Source of the DNA: a virus | Lineage: Duplodnaviria > Caudoviricetes | Virus record (IMG/VR): IMGVR_UViG_3300037400_003286 | DNA length: 64,000 nucleotides | Reading direction: 5' to 3' (one strand) | Part shown: piece by piece, positions 63,076 to 64,000 of the stretch | Numbering within the stretch: the first letter of the stretch is position 1 | How the letters are laid out: every line of letters begins with the position of its first letter | Program-made: the position numbers and the translations under genes | Notes under the pieces: model-generated | What the model was told of the DNA's origin: nothing | What the model saw: only the letters and a program-made list of their open reading frames with translations | The model's database searches: none

Positions 63076-63936
63076 ATGGCAGACGATTTACACATATTCA
63101 GAAATGGTATAAGTGGATATGCACCACAGGGTAGCACTGGATCATCAGGTTCAGACGGATATTCTGTACACTATTCATCTTTTGATTCATCTGAACAAAG
63201 TATAGATGATATGTTGTTGTTGATAAGCCAGAAAAAGGTACTTTCAACAAACCCAAATTACGGTGTAGGAATAAAAATAAATTATAAATTGGGTGATGCT
63301 ATTATTACTATAGATTCAACTATGTTTATAATTGAAGGAGATAGTATAGAAGACTGTCACCTGACAAATATAGGATTACTCAAAATAATATCAAATACAT
63401 CTGGTGAGGGAACAGATATATTTGGTGATGCTGAATTGGTATATAATTTCACAAATAATCATACAGCAACAAACGATTATAATTATATAAACAGAGGCGC
63501 TTCTCCATTATATCACCACAGAGATACAAATGATGATACATGCAATGGAAATTACATACAAATAAGCGACACTTCTCTGTTATATAGTAAGCTTGCTAAC
63601 AATGATGAAAATAATCCTATAATTGATGGACATTTCTGTACACTTGTACTCAATTTTGCTTCTGGATTAAGACTTGAAAAAATATTAACAACTTCTAACT
63701 GTAATGATCCTATATTCATAGATAACAGATATCTATATCCATTCGGTAATTCTGACGATAATACAAAATGGAGTATAGGATCTTCAATAACAACATACAG
63801 TGATGAAAAATCAGAAACAATTTCAAACGGATTAAGAAATAACATAAAAACAGAAAATTCAATGTGTATGTGTTCTGGATACATCACATATCATATAGCT
63901 AACAGCGAATATAGAAAACAGATAATAATACGTTAA
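63076..63936 (+). CDS. Hypothetical virion protein with an N-terminus resembling the previous gene
   Basis: PQGSTGSSGSDG. Confidence 0.6.
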   Translation: MADDLHIFRNGISGYAPQGSTGSSGSDGYSVHYSSFDSSEQSIDDMLLLISQKKVLSTNPNYGVGIKINYKLGDAIITIDSTMFIIEGDSIEDCHLTNIGLLKIISNTSGEGTDIFGDAELVYNFTNNHTATNDYNYINRGASPLYHHRDTNDDTCNGNYIQISDTSLLYSKLANNDENNPIIDGHFCTLVLNFASGLRLEKILTTSNCNDPIFIDNRYLYPFGNSDDNTKWSIGSSITTYSDEKSETISNGLRNNIKTENSMCMCSGYITYHIANSEYRKQIIIR

Positions 63937-63940
63937 CAGC

Positions 63941-64000
63941 ATGGCTCCTAGAAAAATACTTAAAAGCGGATCTACATCAACATTTATACCTGGAGGTACT
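63941..64000 (+). CDS. Partial ORF (MAPRKILKSGSTSTFIPGGT...)
   Basis: ATG 4 nt after the previous stop; open to the window end. Confidence 0.55.
   Translation, partial: MAPRKILKSGSTSTFIPGGT

Overview
A 64-kb AT-rich segment of a large T4-like (contractile-tail) jumbo phage genome, read in the standard genetic code. The host is very probably a Bacteroidota species: seven identical promoters carry the Bacteroidota -7 element TAnnTTTG, and there is a Bacteroidota-type bS1 homologue and a DUF4494 gene. The window holds morphogenesis genes (portal, head completion, sheath, tube, tape-measure-like, baseplate wedge, giant virion proteins), replication and recombination genes (family B polymerase, probable clamp, UvsX/UvsY, DinG-like helicase, NAD ligase), nucleotide metabolism genes (ThyX, GMP reductase-like, phosphoesterases), Dam, a sigma factor, an MFS transporter and a solitary TnpB. 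The most striking element is the DNA polymerase, encoded in three ORFs. It is split once at the fingers, with the halves about 20 kb apart. Its catalytic YGDTDS motif is interrupted by two Ser1 inteins separated by only two residues (TD). The second intein is itself fractured by a homing-endonuclease cassette flanked by what look like extra, catalytically dead split-intein fragments. Other notable signals are three promoter classes, a D-[S/A]-S motif enriched in virion proteins, a GATC-centred palindrome array and a candidate anti-AUGAAAAA small RNA upstream of dam, and an unannotated late 18-aa Cys/Lys peptide. All calls come from reading motifs by eye; no database searches were run.
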